The notes: generated by a model from the letters alone, not told the origin. A stretch of 64,000 bases of DNA from Cyanobacteria bacterium auto_48_18 (GCA_036170915.1 JAVHQC010000029.1:294950-358949); one strand, 5' to 3'; shown: positions 18,550-28,922, counted from the stretch's first letter. Program-made: numbers and translations.

Positions 18550-19335
18550 ATGCCCACCATTACTGAAATAGAAGCCAAATCAATCTTAACGCCACAAAAA
18601 GTGGGCTCTCTGGCCAGTCACTTTGATTACTCGCTCAATCCCTATGCCGGTTGCGCCTTCAAGTGCTCGTATTGCTACGTTCCGAGCTTTCCATCGGCCA
18701 GGCACGAGCCTGAAGACTGGGGGGAATGGATCGAAGTCAAGACAAACGCTGCGGCTTTGCTTCGCCGCGACCGGCTCAAAGTTTTCGGATCAAAAATCTT
18801 TTTTAGCTCCGCCACAGACCCTTATCAATACTTAGAACTGAAATACCGCCTGACCCGTTCGTGTTTGCAAGAATTACTACGTTATCATCCCTCACAGCTG
18901 ATGATGCATACGCGCAGTCATTTGATTTTGCAAGACATAGATTTGCTGAAGCAATTCGGAGACCGACTGTCTGTAGGTGTGAGCATCACTACCGATGACG
19001 ATAACATTCGGGCCGAATTTGAGCCCAAGGCACCAAGCATAGGCCGTCGGCTTGAACTGATCAAAACTTTGAGCGAAGCAGGAATAAAAGTAAACGCATC
19101 CCTGGCACCACTTTTGCCTCTCAATCCAGACAATTTAATTGATCAAATCGAACCATATGTAGGCAGAGTATGGCTTGATCAAATGCGCTACCTCAGCGCC
19201 AATAATCGGCCTGACCTTTTAGAAAAATACAAAGACTTTTTTGAAGAAAGCAATTACGAAAAAGTGATTGCCGCAATTCGCGCAAGATTGACTGATGATG
19301 GCATTCCGGTGCGGTCTTCATTCAAGAAGAGATAA
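18550..19335 (+). CDS. Radical SAM protein, SplB/Rv2578c-like DNA-repair family
   Basis: LNPYAGCAFKCSYCY (CxxxCxxC), SSATDPYQ and FEPKAPS..RRL motifs. Confidence 0.88.
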   Translation: MPTITEIEAKSILTPQKVGSLASHFDYSLNPYAGCAFKCSYCYVPSFPSARHEPEDWGEWIEVKTNAAALLRRDRLKVFGSKIFFSSATDPYQYLELKYRLTRSCLQELLRYHPSQLMMHTRSHLILQDIDLLKQFGDRLSVGVSITTDDDNIRAEFEPKAPSIGRRLELIKTLSEAGIKVNASLAPLLPLNPDNLIDQIEPYVGRVWLDQMRYLSANNRPDLLEKYKDFFEESNYEKVIAAIRARLTDDGIPVRSSFKKR

Positions 19336-19340
19336 AAAGG

Positions 19341-19970
19341 CTATGGTCCTTTCTCGAAGCTGGCATAATCGCTCTGGCAGTCGATATCAATTGCACCCAG
19401 AGAAAAATCTATTGTGGCTACTCGATTGCTTTGCGCTTGTATAACTTTCCGGGCACCTGCATCACCCTTCAGTTGCAGCAGCTCTGGAAAAATTTCTCTA
19501 GAAAAATAAGCAGGTGGTCCTGAAATTCTTTCGCCCGAAGGCCTTGCGGTGAAGGCACTTGCCACAATGGGCAAATCTGTCAAATGCTGTTTTTCCATAA
19601 TGCTGGCCAATATCAAATCGGTCACATGAGGCTGATCTCCTAACATCAAAATCACACCTGCAACTTGAGAAAAATTGCGCTCGATAAAACTCAAAGCGCA
19701 AACTATCGAAGAAGACATTCCTGACTGCCACTGGTTATTGATCAATATTTGGCAGCCTTTGAAGTCGATAGCATTTTCGATAGCACCAGCATTTGCTCCA
19801 AGTACGACTATCGATTGACAATTGGTTGAAAATAAAGGCGACGTTGCAGCGTCAACAGCTTTCTGCAAAAGTGCCACACCATTTACCGGCAGCAGTTGTT
19901 TAATGCGTCCCATGCGCGTAGAAGCGCCGGCAGCGAGAATGACAATTATGACCTGATCTACAAAAATCAT
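19341..19970 (-). CDS. mocA: Molybdenum cofactor cytidylyltransferase
   Basis: ILAAGASTRMG.KQLL, WQSGMSSS, LGDQP, GDAGAR and DID motifs. ATGA overlap with the xdhC stop. Confidence 0.88.
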   Translation of the reverse strand: MIFVDQVIIVILAAGASTRMGRIKQLLPVNGVALLQKAVDAATSPLFSTNCQSIVVLGANAGAIENAIDFKGCQILINNQWQSGMSSSIVCALSFIERNFSQVAGVILMLGDQPHVTDLILASIMEKQHLTDLPIVASAFTARPSGERISGPPAYFSREIFPELLQLKGDAGARKVIQAQSNRVATIDFSLGAIDIDCQSDYASFEKGP

Positions 19971-21133
19971 GGTTGGCAAATAGCATTAAGAGCGATACCT
20001 TCTGCTAATTCGTCAATTGACTGAGACTCATGTATGGCACCCTGCTTCTGACGCAACATGCCACCACTATGACCGGCGAGTGCGGCTTTAACTTCGGCGA
20101 CGATGGCGAGGGCAATTTCTTCAGGACGCTCAGCACCTATATCTAAACCGACCGGGCTATAGAGCCTGGCCCTTTCTTTCGAGGTAATGGGATGACCAGC
20201 TAAAGCGAGTTCGGCTAAGAGTTTATCGGCGCGGCGACGCGGCCCCACAACACCGATATAAGGCACATCGGTATTGAGTAATGCCAATAAAATCTGCCTA
20301 TCTCTTTCATAATCATGTGTGATCACCACTGCAGCATCGACACGCTGGCCGGACATTCGGAAAGAGTTTTTACGATCATCAACCACGGTCACCTGCCAGC
20401 CGAGCAATGAAGAAAACTGGCGAAGCGGATCCACCTCTTGCCCATTGCCAAAAATGAGCAAACTTGTAGGCGCTTCCACAATTTCAAACAAAACGTGCAA
20501 AGCCAGACCGCCAACATTCTCGCGTACGACCGTCGACAGACAGTGAGGGTCGGTAAGCAATTTTTGCGAAAAATCTTTCAAATAATCGAGCACCTTAACT
20601 GGCAATTCCACCGCCTCGACGTCGAAGCTTTGATTAAGTGCGGTCACCACCGTGGTGCCTACCCAAGAAGACAACGCACGACCCGATGATTGTTCGATTA
20701 AACTAAAGATAGTTGCTGCCACGATTCGCTTTTGTGTCGACAAAAGTTCAGGCAACAGCTTTGATAAAATTTGCACTCTGCGGTAATAGCTGCTGCCCGG
20801 TCCGGCAGATTCTACAAGTATTTGCACAATACCATCGCAACCGAGCTTGAGGCCAAAAAGTAAATCGTCTCGACTGTTTCCATCATATGTAAGCAAAAGC
20901 GGATCTTGCAAATTATCACAGTGAGCAATAATATCGCGCTCCAAACAACCGGCACTGACTGCTCCGTGCAAGGCCGCGCCAGCGCCTATGATCATGCGTG
21001 CTCCTGGTCGTCGATAGGCCGAGCCGCGAGTATTGACCACGGTAGCAACAGCCAGAGCAGTCGCATTAACTGCCGCACCAGCCGCCGCCTCTGCTGCCGG
21101 GAATGCAGCCAACATTCTTACAAAGTCATCCAT
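19967..21133 (-). CDS. xdhC: XdhC/CoxI family Moco-insertion chaperone (PaoD-like)
   Basis: GSAYRRPGARM, SAGCLE, THDYERD and SPVGLDIGAERPEEIAL motifs. Confidence 0.93.
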   Translation of the reverse strand: MDDFVRMLAAFPAAEAAAGAAVNATALAVATVVNTRGSAYRRPGARMIIGAGAALHGAVSAGCLERDIIAHCDNLQDPLLLTYDGNSRDDLLFGLKLGCDGIVQILVESAGPGSSYYRRVQILSKLLPELLSTQKRIVAATIFSLIEQSSGRALSSWVGTTVVTALNQSFDVEAVELPVKVLDYLKDFSQKLLTDPHCLSTVVRENVGGLALHVLFEIVEAPTSLLIFGNGQEVDPLRQFSSLLGWQVTVVDDRKNSFRMSGQRVDAAVVITHDYERDRQILLALLNTDVPYIGVVGPRRRADKLLAELALAGHPITSKERARLYSPVGLDIGAERPEEIALAIVAEVKAALAGHSGGMLRQKQGAIHESQSIDELAEGIALNAICQP

Positions 21134-23364
21134 CAGACAAAAAGTTTGTCGGCGGTGATTGGCAAATGTCTGATTCGTTTACCGGTGGCGTTGTAAACCG
21201 CGTTGGCAATAGCAGCTGCCACGCCCGTGATGCCTATTTCGCCAATACCTTTTGCACCAATAGAATTGATTTCACTATCTTGTTCAGCAATAAAATGCAC
21301 CTCAATATCAGGAACGTCGGCATTAACCGGCACGTAATATTCACCCAAACTGGCGTTGACAACGCGACCACTGCGCGAATCAAACATAGTTGCTTCTTCA
21401 AGCGCCATACCGATGCCCATCACTACCCCACCTTGAACTTGAGAGCGGCAAGTTTTTTCATTGATGATGCGACCATTGGCCATAACTGCCACAGCGCGTG
21501 TAACACGCACGGTGCCCAAATCTTCGTCGACTTTAACTTCAACGAAGTGAGCACCGAAGGAATGCATCGAAAATTTCTTGGCTTTGTCGTTAAATTGCGT
21601 TTGATATTTTACTTCTAAAGACGGCAGCTTGAGAATCTTTAGAGCATCCACATAGCTGAGTACCTGACTGTTACCAGCCACGCTAAATTTACCGTCGGCT
21701 ATCAAAATTTTGTCTTTCGCTACGCCGCTAAATGGCGACTGAGGCGATTCAGACAAACGCTGAGCCAGTGTGTTTTGCAATTCGACGGCAGCGCCGTCCA
21801 CGGCACTACCCACGGTGCTGACGGTGGCCGAACCTCCTGAAATCGGAGCCATGGGCAAATCAGTATCGCCCAGTTCAAATGTGACGGCATCGACCGAAAC
21901 ACCAAGACGACCGGCACCAATTTGGCTCATCACAGTGCAAGTACCAGTGCCCATTTCGTGGGTGCTGCTTTTGAATAAAAACGTTCCATCTGCTTTGACC
22001 TGACCGCTGCAAACGGCGTTAAAGTGCATGGTTGGATAGGTGGCCGAAGCCATACCCAAGCCCACTAACCAATTATCTTCTTTGCGGCTGCGCGGAGTAG
22101 AACTGCGTTTATCCCAACCAATTTTTTCAGCTCCGATTTTATAGCACTGATCTAAACCTTTGCTGGAAAATGGATGACCGCTCTGAGGATCTTTTTTGGC
22201 ATAATTTTTCATGCGTAATTCGACAGGGTCGATTTTAAGAGCATAAGAAAGCTCGTCCATGGCTGATTCTAGAGCAAACAATCCCGGAGTTTCACCAGGT
22301 GCACGCATAAAGGTCGGCATCTGCTTATTGAGCTTAACCAAATCTTGCGATACCGACAAACTGGTAGAGGCGTAAAGCATGGGTGTGGCTTTTGTGAATA
22401 CTTCGACAAACTCGCCATCTACCGAAGTGTGCGAGGTACCCTGGTGGACAATGGCGTTAATGGTTCCATCAGCAGTGGCACCTAAAGCCACGCGTTGCTC
22501 TGTTTCGGCGCGATGCCCGACATTAGTGAACATTTGATGACGAGTCAAAACCAGCTTGACCGGCCGGTTCACAGCCTTAGCCGCTAAAGTTGTGAGCAAT
22601 ACGTGAGGCCACATAGCACCCTTACAACCAAAAGCGCCGCCAATATATTTGCAGACTACTCGAACGTTCGCCTCAGGCACAGAAAAAGATTGTGCCAGAG
22701 CCTTGCGAGTATTGTAGAGACCTTGAGTGGCATCATATACGGTGAGCTTGTCTCCCTGCCACATAGCCATGGTGGCATGAGTTTCCATCGGGTTATGATT
22801 TTGAGTTGGAGTGCGATATTTGTTGTCGACAGACACAGCCGAGGCCGTAAGCGCAGTCTGGGCCTCGCCCCTATTCTTAGTCACGGCCTCACCAAACCAT
22901 TGTTTGGCCTCATAGCGCTGTGCTCTCTTGTCGTCAAAAACAATCAGTGGATCTGCTTCTATATAGACGGCTTTAATTAAAGTCGCCGCGTGAGTTGCGC
23001 ACTCAAAAGACTCTGCCACCACCACAGCGATAAACTGGCCGGCATGATTAATGATGTTATCTGCCAGCGGCATGCGCAGTTCACCTTGCGCGCCTCCACC
23101 AGCAAAAGTTTTGCCTGCTACCATGGGCGGCCGATTTTTGTGAGTAATAACAGCAATGACACCAGGTGCACTTTCAGCGTCGCTGGTGTTGATGCTGCGA
23201 ATTTTGCCGTTAGCGATAGCAGCGCCAACAGCCACGGCATAAGCAATTTTTTGAGCAGGAAATTCAGCAGAATAACGCGCCTTGCCCATGACCTTAAATG
23301 GGCCGTCGAGACGGTCCAGGCCTTTGCCGATCAGGCCCAGCTTAATGGCTTCGGTTACACTCAT
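21133..23364 (-). CDS. paoC: Xanthine-dehydrogenase-family molybdopterin-binding subunit (PaoC/YagR)
   Basis: HNPMETH, IGGAFGCKG, FMRAPGE, EMGTG and AKGIGEIGITG motifs. Confidence 0.92.
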   Translation of the reverse strand: MSVTEAIKLGLIGKGLDRLDGPFKVMGKARYSAEFPAQKIAYAVAVGAAIANGKIRSINTSDAESAPGVIAVITHKNRPPMVAGKTFAGGGAQGELRMPLADNIINHAGQFIAVVVAESFECATHAATLIKAVYIEADPLIVFDDKRAQRYEAKQWFGEAVTKNRGEAQTALTASAVSVDNKYRTPTQNHNPMETHATMAMWQGDKLTVYDATQGLYNTRKALAQSFSVPEANVRVVCKYIGGAFGCKGAMWPHVLLTTLAAKAVNRPVKLVLTRHQMFTNVGHRAETEQRVALGATADGTINAIVHQGTSHTSVDGEFVEVFTKATPMLYASTSLSVSQDLVKLNKQMPTFMRAPGETPGLFALESAMDELSYALKIDPVELRMKNYAKKDPQSGHPFSSKGLDQCYKIGAEKIGWDKRSSTPRSRKEDNWLVGLGMASATYPTMHFNAVCSGQVKADGTFLFKSSTHEMGTGTCTVMSQIGAGRLGVSVDAVTFELGDTDLPMAPISGGSATVSTVGSAVDGAAVELQNTLAQRLSESPQSPFSGVAKDKILIADGKFSVAGNSQVLSYVDALKILKLPSLEVKYQTQFNDKAKKFSMHSFGAHFVEVKVDEDLGTVRVTRAVAVMANGRIINEKTCRSQVQGGVVMGIGMALEEATMFDSRSGRVVNASLGEYYVPVNADVPDIEVHFIAEQDSEINSIGAKGIGEIGITGVAAAIANAVYNATGKRIRHLPITADKLFV

Positions 23365-24359
23365 GCTACACCTCCAGCGGCCACTTTAAGCGCCCTGACA
23401 ATAGTGCGCTTGCTCATTTCGATTTTAAAATTATTGTGCTCGTAGCCTTTTGCATTTTTAAGCGCCGCATCCGCAGCAGCTTTAAATGTTTGCTCTGTTG
23501 GGGCCTTTCCTGATAGCAGTTTTTCAGCCTCAAGGGCTCGCCACGGTTTAGGTGCAATTCCACCGAGAGCCACTCTCGCTGATTTTATTTGCCCGTTATC
23601 AATCTCCAGACAAGCTGCCGCTGAAACCAGCGCAAAAGCGTATGAAGCACGGTCACGCACTTTTAAATAGCACCAGTTTTTACTGAAGATAGAACTAGAT
23701 GGCGGCAATTCTACAGCACAAATGAGTTCGTCAGGAAGCAATACGGTTTCAATTTCGGGAGTGTTGCCTGGCAATTTGTGAAAATCTACCAGGTCAATTT
23801 TGCGATCACCATCAGGACCAGTGGTGTGTATTATCGCGTCAAGAGCAGCCAGAGCCACACACATGTCTGAAGGATGCGCGCTAATGCACTTGTTGCTAGT
23901 GCCTAAGATTGAATGCATGCGATTGTAGCCTTCGATGGCGGAGCAACCGCTATTTGGCACGCGCTTGTTACAAGGCTCCACCACATCATAGAAATACGAA
24001 CAGCGAGTTCGCTGCAATAAATTTCCACCCACTGAAGCCATGTTGCGCAATTGCGCTGAAGCGCCACTGAGTAGCGCCCGCGAGAGCACCGGATAATTTT
24101 GTCTGATATAAGAATGATTGGCCAGGTCGCTATTTTTCACCAGAGCGCCGATCTTCACACCGCCATTACCCAATTGCTCGATTTGACTTAAATTAAGGGC
24201 GTTGATATCAATCAGGTGGGAAGGCGACATCACTTCTTCTTTCATCAGATCAATCAGGTTGGTACCACCAGCGATGTAATGAGAATTAGTTTTGCCACTG
24301 GCTTCAGCCAGGGCCTCGCTGGCTCCCCCGGCCACCTTGGCGTAAGTAAATAATTTCAT
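23361..24359 (-). CDS. paoB: FAD-binding subunit (PaoB/YagS)
   Basis: IAGGTNLIDLMK, GASAQLRNMA, RTRCSYF..CNKR..GC and KVRDRASYAFA motifs. ATG 24359 overlaps the paoA stop (ATGA). Confidence 0.93.
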   Translation of the reverse strand: MKLFTYAKVAGGASEALAEASGKTNSHYIAGGTNLIDLMKEEVMSPSHLIDINALNLSQIEQLGNGGVKIGALVKNSDLANHSYIRQNYPVLSRALLSGASAQLRNMASVGGNLLQRTRCSYFYDVVEPCNKRVPNSGCSAIEGYNRMHSILGTSNKCISAHPSDMCVALAALDAIIHTTGPDGDRKIDLVDFHKLPGNTPEIETVLLPDELICAVELPPSSSIFSKNWCYLKVRDRASYAFALVSAAACLEIDNGQIKSARVALGGIAPKPWRALEAEKLLSGKAPTEQTFKAAADAALKNAKGYEHNNFKIEMSKRTIVRALKVAAGGVA

Positions 24360-25075
24360 GATTGAGCCTCCGCCAGCGAACGAATCGCTTCCACAATTCC
24401 AGGATAGGCACCACAACGGCACAGATTGCCGCTCATGCGCTCGCGAATTTCTTCGTCGGTAAGAGAGACATTGCCGGCACAAAGATTGCTCGTAACGGCG
24501 CTGGCGCATCCGGCTTTGGCCTCGGCCAAAAGAGCTACCGCAGAGCAAATTTGACCTGGTGTGCAATAACCGCACTGGAAGCCATCATGCTTGACAAACG
24601 CTTCTTGCACGGCGTGCAACTGATCGCCTTCGGCTAGGCCTTCGATCGTGGTTACTTTCTGACCCTGATACATAACAGCAAAAGTAAGGCATGAGTTAAT
24701 GCGGCGTCCATCGACGAGCACGGTGCAGGCACCACATTGACCATGGTCGCAACCTTTTTTAGAACCGGTCAAACCCATATATTCGCGCAAGGCATCCAGC
24801 AAAGAAGTGCGCGGATCAATACTGACTGATTTAGTTTGACCGTTGACCGTCAACTCAACAGCAATTGATTGTGGCGGGCTTGGCACTTGTATTGTCACTT
24901 TGCTTGGATCGTTAATTACTTCGCTTTCAGCACTAGACATTCCAGTTAACGTCGCTAAACCAGCACTCACAGCTGCAGCGCCGACCATAAATTCGCGGCG
25001 GGTTTGACCACCTGATTTCAATTGATCATGCTCTGAATCGGGCTTGTTGCCCAGATTATTCTTATCTTTCGTCAC
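24356..25075 (-). CDS. paoA: 2x[2Fe-2S] subunit with Tat signal (PaoA/YagT)
   Basis: TRREFM Tat motif, KKGCDHGQCGAC, FQCGYCTPGQ and GNLCRCGAY. GAGG SD before GTG 25075. Confidence 0.92.
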   Translation of the reverse strand: MTKDKNNLGNKPDSEHDQLKSGGQTRREFMVGAAAVSAGLATLTGMSSAESEVINDPSKVTIQVPSPPQSIAVELTVNGQTKSVSIDPRTSLLDALREYMGLTGSKKGCDHGQCGACTVLVDGRRINSCLTFAVMYQGQKVTTIEGLAEGDQLHAVQEAFVKHDGFQCGYCTPGQICSAVALLAEAKAGCASAVTSNLCAGNVSLTDEEIRERMSGNLCRCGAYPGIVEAIRSLAEAQS

Positions 25076-25287
25076 CAACCCTGCCTCAACAATGGTGTCT
25101 ACCCTCGGTCGCGGTAGTATAGACCATGAGCAATAGCAGCCGATCTCTTGAAGACTTCGACAGCCATTTCTAATGTGATCGGCCAAAGTTTAAATCAGAC
25201 TTGCTGGGCCGGCAAATATTGAGCAGCCACCATTAGTGGTGGCGCGTTGAAATTGTTAATAACGCAATGAAAAACTAGAGATTCGGC

Positions 25288-26001
25288 CTAAACCGAAATC
25301 ACGCGATCGCCGCCGCGCATTAATGCAGTTTCGAGTGCCTCGATAGCGCAAGCAATCAAAATGTCATAATCGTCGGCATGGTCAGGGTAAGTGGCAACAC
25401 CGATGCTGACTGTGACTGAGAAATTTTGACCGTTATGATTAATGGCCTGACTGCCCACACGCAAACGCATGCGTTCGCCCACAAGCGAGGCTCCAGCAGC
25501 ATTGGTCTGCGGCAAAATCACCGCATATTGCCACTGATTATATTTAGAGGCAACGTCTACTTCGCGCAGAGCGCCACGAATGGCGTGAGAGACAATTTTT
25601 TGAATTGCTTCAGCTGTGAGGGGGCCAAATTGACTGGCAAGTTCGTCATAACCGTCGACGCTCAATAAAACCAGAGAGGCCGGATGTTTATAGCGCTTGG
25701 CTCTGGCCAGCTCGGCCTTGAGCTCTTTGACAAATGCGCGATGATTGTAAAGCTCGGTTATGGGGTCAAGCAGCGCCAGCTTTTCAATATCTTCGCCTTT
25801 GGCGGCGGCTAGGCTGACCTGCTTGGTCACCAGCGCAGTTTGCTTCTCATAATCACGCACCCGCTCGAGCACCGAAGAATTGGCAGCGATTCGCTCAGCC
25901 AGCTGCGGTCTGTGCTGACGCAAATCTGACAAAACTCTAGTAAACAGCGGCTCGCCCGTGATTTTTGCAGGGGTGCTGGTGGGCTCGTTGGCCATGATCA
26001 T
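25288..26001 (-). CDS. Degenerate GGDEF-domain protein
   Basis: DPITELYNHR..ELARAKRY..VTVSIGVA fold. Signature replaced by NQWQY, RxxD (REVD) retained. Confidence 0.88.
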   Translation of the reverse strand: MIMANEPTSTPAKITGEPLFTRVLSDLRQHRPQLAERIAANSSVLERVRDYEKQTALVTKQVSLAAAKGEDIEKLALLDPITELYNHRAFVKELKAELARAKRYKHPASLVLLSVDGYDELASQFGPLTAEAIQKIVSHAIRGALREVDVASKYNQWQYAVILPQTNAAGASLVGERMRLRVGSQAINHNGQNFSVTVSIGVATYPDHADDYDILIACAIEALETALMRGGDRVISV

Positions 26002-26036
26002 CCTTAACTCAGTGCTATTAATTTACAGCAGAATGA

Positions 26037-26384
26037 CTATTTCTGTTTGCCGCGCTTAATCAATAATCTCTTAATTGGTTTGCTTTTCGATATATGGCGC
26101 TCGATGATATCGATGCAATCGACTTCGGTAACTCCACCATAGCTGACCGCGAACTTGTCTTTGGTCTTACAGGTTTTAGCCTTAGTTTTGCTTCTGGCGT
26201 CGATTTGTACCACTGGCCCGTGCTTACAGAGCCCCAGACAGTCGGTTTTCTTCACTTTCAATACATAGTCGAGCTGCGCTTTTTCAATGGTTTTGCGCAA
26301 GAAAGTCAGTACATCTTGCGAATCGCGCGCTGAACAGTGCTTGCCCCTGGTACATACGAGTAATTTTGTGCACGCGCTTCCCAC
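26037..26384 (-). CDS. Thioredoxin-like [2Fe-2S] ferredoxin
   Basis: LVCTRGKHC..TDCLGLCKHGPVV..YGGVT motifs. Confidence 0.85.
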   Translation of the reverse strand: MGSACTKLLVCTRGKHCSARDSQDVLTFLRKTIEKAQLDYVLKVKKTDCLGLCKHGPVVQIDARSKTKAKTCKTKDKFAVSYGGVTEVDCIDIIERHISKSKPIKRLLIKRGKQK

Positions 26385-26489
26385 AAATTGTCCCCGTCAG
26401 CCGGATACCTGAAGTTGAAATCTATAACCGAATTCTAATCGAATAAAATTGCCGATGCACGAGAATCTAAAGCTATTGACAATTAAATT

Positions 26490-28544
26490 CTATGTAATCA
26501 GGTTGTCGATTTGCACTTCAAAGCTGTGGTCGGCTTTAATGCCGAAAATGCGTGTGAAGAAATAGTATTCAGACTCGATTGTGCGAATGATATTTTCTGC
26601 TTTGCGAAATCCGTGAGCCTCGCCTTCATAGGCGATATAGGCGACAGGAATACCCTTAGCTTTAAGGGCGTTAACCATGGCTTCCGCTTGATTGGGCGGA
26701 ACGACTTTGTCGTCGAGACCCTGGAAAAAAATCACGGGGCAGTTGAGCTTGTCCACATGGTTAATGGGCGAACGGGCAATGTACAGATCGCGACCAGCCG
26801 GATAAGGAGCCACAAGATTATCTAGATAACGCGCTTCAAACTTGTGGGTATCGCGAGCCAGTGCTTCGAGATCGCCGATACCATAATGGCTGGCACCAGC
26901 TTTGAATGTATCTGTAAATGTCAGGGCGCAAAGCACAGTGTAACCGCCGGCGCTACCGCCGGTAATGGCCACCCGCTCAGCGTCTGCCAGGCCACTTTCC
27001 ACCAGATACTCCACACAATTGCGGCAATCTTCGACGTCAACCACTCCCCAGTTGTCGTTCAGTCTCTTGCGATATTCGCGGCCAAAACCAGTGCTACCGC
27101 CATAGTTGACGTCGACGATGGCGAATCCGCGTGAGGTCCAGTATTGAATACCAAGCGAAAGGCTGCTTGACGCCCCGCCGGTGGGGCCACCATGGCATTT
27201 CACCACCAGTGGTGGCGCTTCCCCTGCTAAAGATTTGCAATTGGGATTAGTTGGTGGATAGTAAAAGGCAAAAGCAGTTTTGCCACCAGCAGTGGGAAAT
27301 TCGATTACTTGCGGCATCGACATGTAAGCCTTGTCAGGCAGCTCTCCGGCCGCACTTTTAATGATATTGAATGCTCCTGATTGCAAATCATATTCCACCA
27401 CGCATTGCGGCAAAGAGGCAGAGGCGGCAAGCATAGCAACGCGATTTTTGCCCGCGGTGAGATATGAAAATTCGGTGAAAGGAGAGTCGATTTCTACCAG
27501 TTTGTGGCCATTGGTAAAATCGAGCTCGAGCCGGGCCAGCGACCAGATGCCGCGACGGTTGAAGGCGAAAATCGCCAGCGTTTCGGATAAGACTGCATAA
27601 GTAGATTGAGCAAAACCCCACATAGGCTGACCGAACTCGCATTCAGCATAAGCAGGGTTGGTGACCAGGGGCTGTACCTCTGAAGTCGTGGGGTCACATA
27701 TCACTTGAGGCTGCCAATAACCAGATTGGTCGGCGACAAAGAAAAGCTTGCCCTGCGGTGACCATTGGGGCTGAAACACCGAGCAGTCTGGGCCGCCGGC
27801 TACGAGCCGGGTATTGTGCAGGGAGCCGGCTTTGTCCACGTCGGCTAGATAAAGCTCGCAGCCGTCCCATGGCATATTGGGATGGCGCCAGCACAAGTAG
27901 GCTAAATGCCTACCGTCAGGGCTTATGCGTGGGGAGGAATAAAAGTCGAAGCCTGAAGCAAGCACCACAGGCTCTTCACCGGCCTGGTCGATTGAATATG
28001 AGCCGCCAGCAGGTAAAGCCACTGAGGCAATGCAATTGGTTGGCTCAGATGCGCCTGCAGTGTGCACTTCGAGCACGCAGAGCAAGCGGTTATGGCTGCG
28101 GTCGAAACAATAATCAGCGTATCGGTGAGTATTGCCCGGGTGTGCTGCACTGATGGCCTGATGTTTGGTGCCGGCAGCCAAATAAACGCGCTGGTCGGCA
28201 AAATTAGAATAGGCAACTTCCCCACCATCAACGCCGAAGGCTCCGCCGCCATATTCGTGTACCAGACTGCGTATGCTGTCTTCGCCCTGGTTGATGTCGC
28301 TGTTGCTACTAGAATGATCGCCCCCACTGGACTTTGCCCGCTTGACTAAAATAGAGCGGCCGCCCTGAGATGGCCGGCCCTCAAGCCAGTAAAGTGCTTC
28401 ACCATCACTGTCGTAAACGGTTTGGCTGAGCCTGAGCGCTCCGCGAGCCACTTGCTCGGCAGCAATAGGAGACGGCCAGGCGCCGCTGGCTGTTTCTGTG
28501 GCTATTTGGCTGGCAAAATCACTTTTGACTTCAGGCATGAACAC
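26490..28544 (-). CDS. S9 family peptidase (prolyl oligopeptidase / acylaminoacyl peptidase)
   Basis: Beta-propeller region, HGGPT, GGSAGG nucleophile, DKVVPP and HGFR triad motifs. Confidence 0.93.
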   Translation of the reverse strand: MFMPEVKSDFASQIATETASGAWPSPIAAEQVARGALRLSQTVYDSDGEALYWLEGRPSQGGRSILVKRAKSSGGDHSSSNSDINQGEDSIRSLVHEYGGGAFGVDGGEVAYSNFADQRVYLAAGTKHQAISAAHPGNTHRYADYCFDRSHNRLLCVLEVHTAGASEPTNCIASVALPAGGSYSIDQAGEEPVVLASGFDFYSSPRISPDGRHLAYLCWRHPNMPWDGCELYLADVDKAGSLHNTRLVAGGPDCSVFQPQWSPQGKLFFVADQSGYWQPQVICDPTTSEVQPLVTNPAYAECEFGQPMWGFAQSTYAVLSETLAIFAFNRRGIWSLARLELDFTNGHKLVEIDSPFTEFSYLTAGKNRVAMLAASASLPQCVVEYDLQSGAFNIIKSAAGELPDKAYMSMPQVIEFPTAGGKTAFAFYYPPTNPNCKSLAGEAPPLVVKCHGGPTGGASSSLSLGIQYWTSRGFAIVDVNYGGSTGFGREYRKRLNDNWGVVDVEDCRNCVEYLVESGLADAERVAITGGSAGGYTVLCALTFTDTFKAGASHYGIGDLEALARDTHKFEARYLDNLVAPYPAGRDLYIARSPINHVDKLNCPVIFFQGLDDKVVPPNQAEAMVNALKAKGIPVAYIAYEGEAHGFRKAENIIRTIESEYYFFTRIFGIKADHSFEVQIDNLIT

Positions 28545-28642
28545 AACGCTCCGATGTGATGAACAGAAGACACAGTATATAATTGCCAGCAGGGCCGCAG
28601 ATTAAGCTGACGATGGCAAGCGCTGACGGTCTAGGGGAAGTG

Positions 28643-28921
28643 ATGGAAATTGCTGTGAATAAAGGCGCCGAAAAAGTTAACGTCACAGTAACTGTGCGCT
28701 ACTTTGCCATTTTAAAAGATCAACGTGGCGCCGCTAGCGAGCAATTGAGCACTGAAGCCGCCTCGTTGGCTGAGCTCTACGACAGCCTTGCCACCACACA
28801 TGGTTTTTCACTCAAGCAAGATCAACTGCGCGTTGCTGTAAACGATAGCTTTGTCGATTGGCAAGAAGAGCTGTCTGAGGGCGCGCACATAGTCTTTATT
28901 CCACCTGTAGCTGGTGGTTGA
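28643..28921 (+). CDS. moaD: Molybdopterin synthase sulfur carrier
   Basis: VRYFAIL..RVAVN..FIPPVAGG with C-terminal GG. Start approximate. Confidence 0.93.
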   Translation: MEIAVNKGAEKVNVTVTVRYFAILKDQRGAASEQLSTEAASLAELYDSLATTHGFSLKQDQLRVAVNDSFVDWQEELSEGAHIVFIPPVAGG

Positions 28922-28922
28922 A

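Noticed and set aside
24360..24575. N-terminal extension of paoB given by the ORF track
   Set aside because: It overlaps paoA in another frame. The ATGA coupling at 24356-24359 marks the real start.
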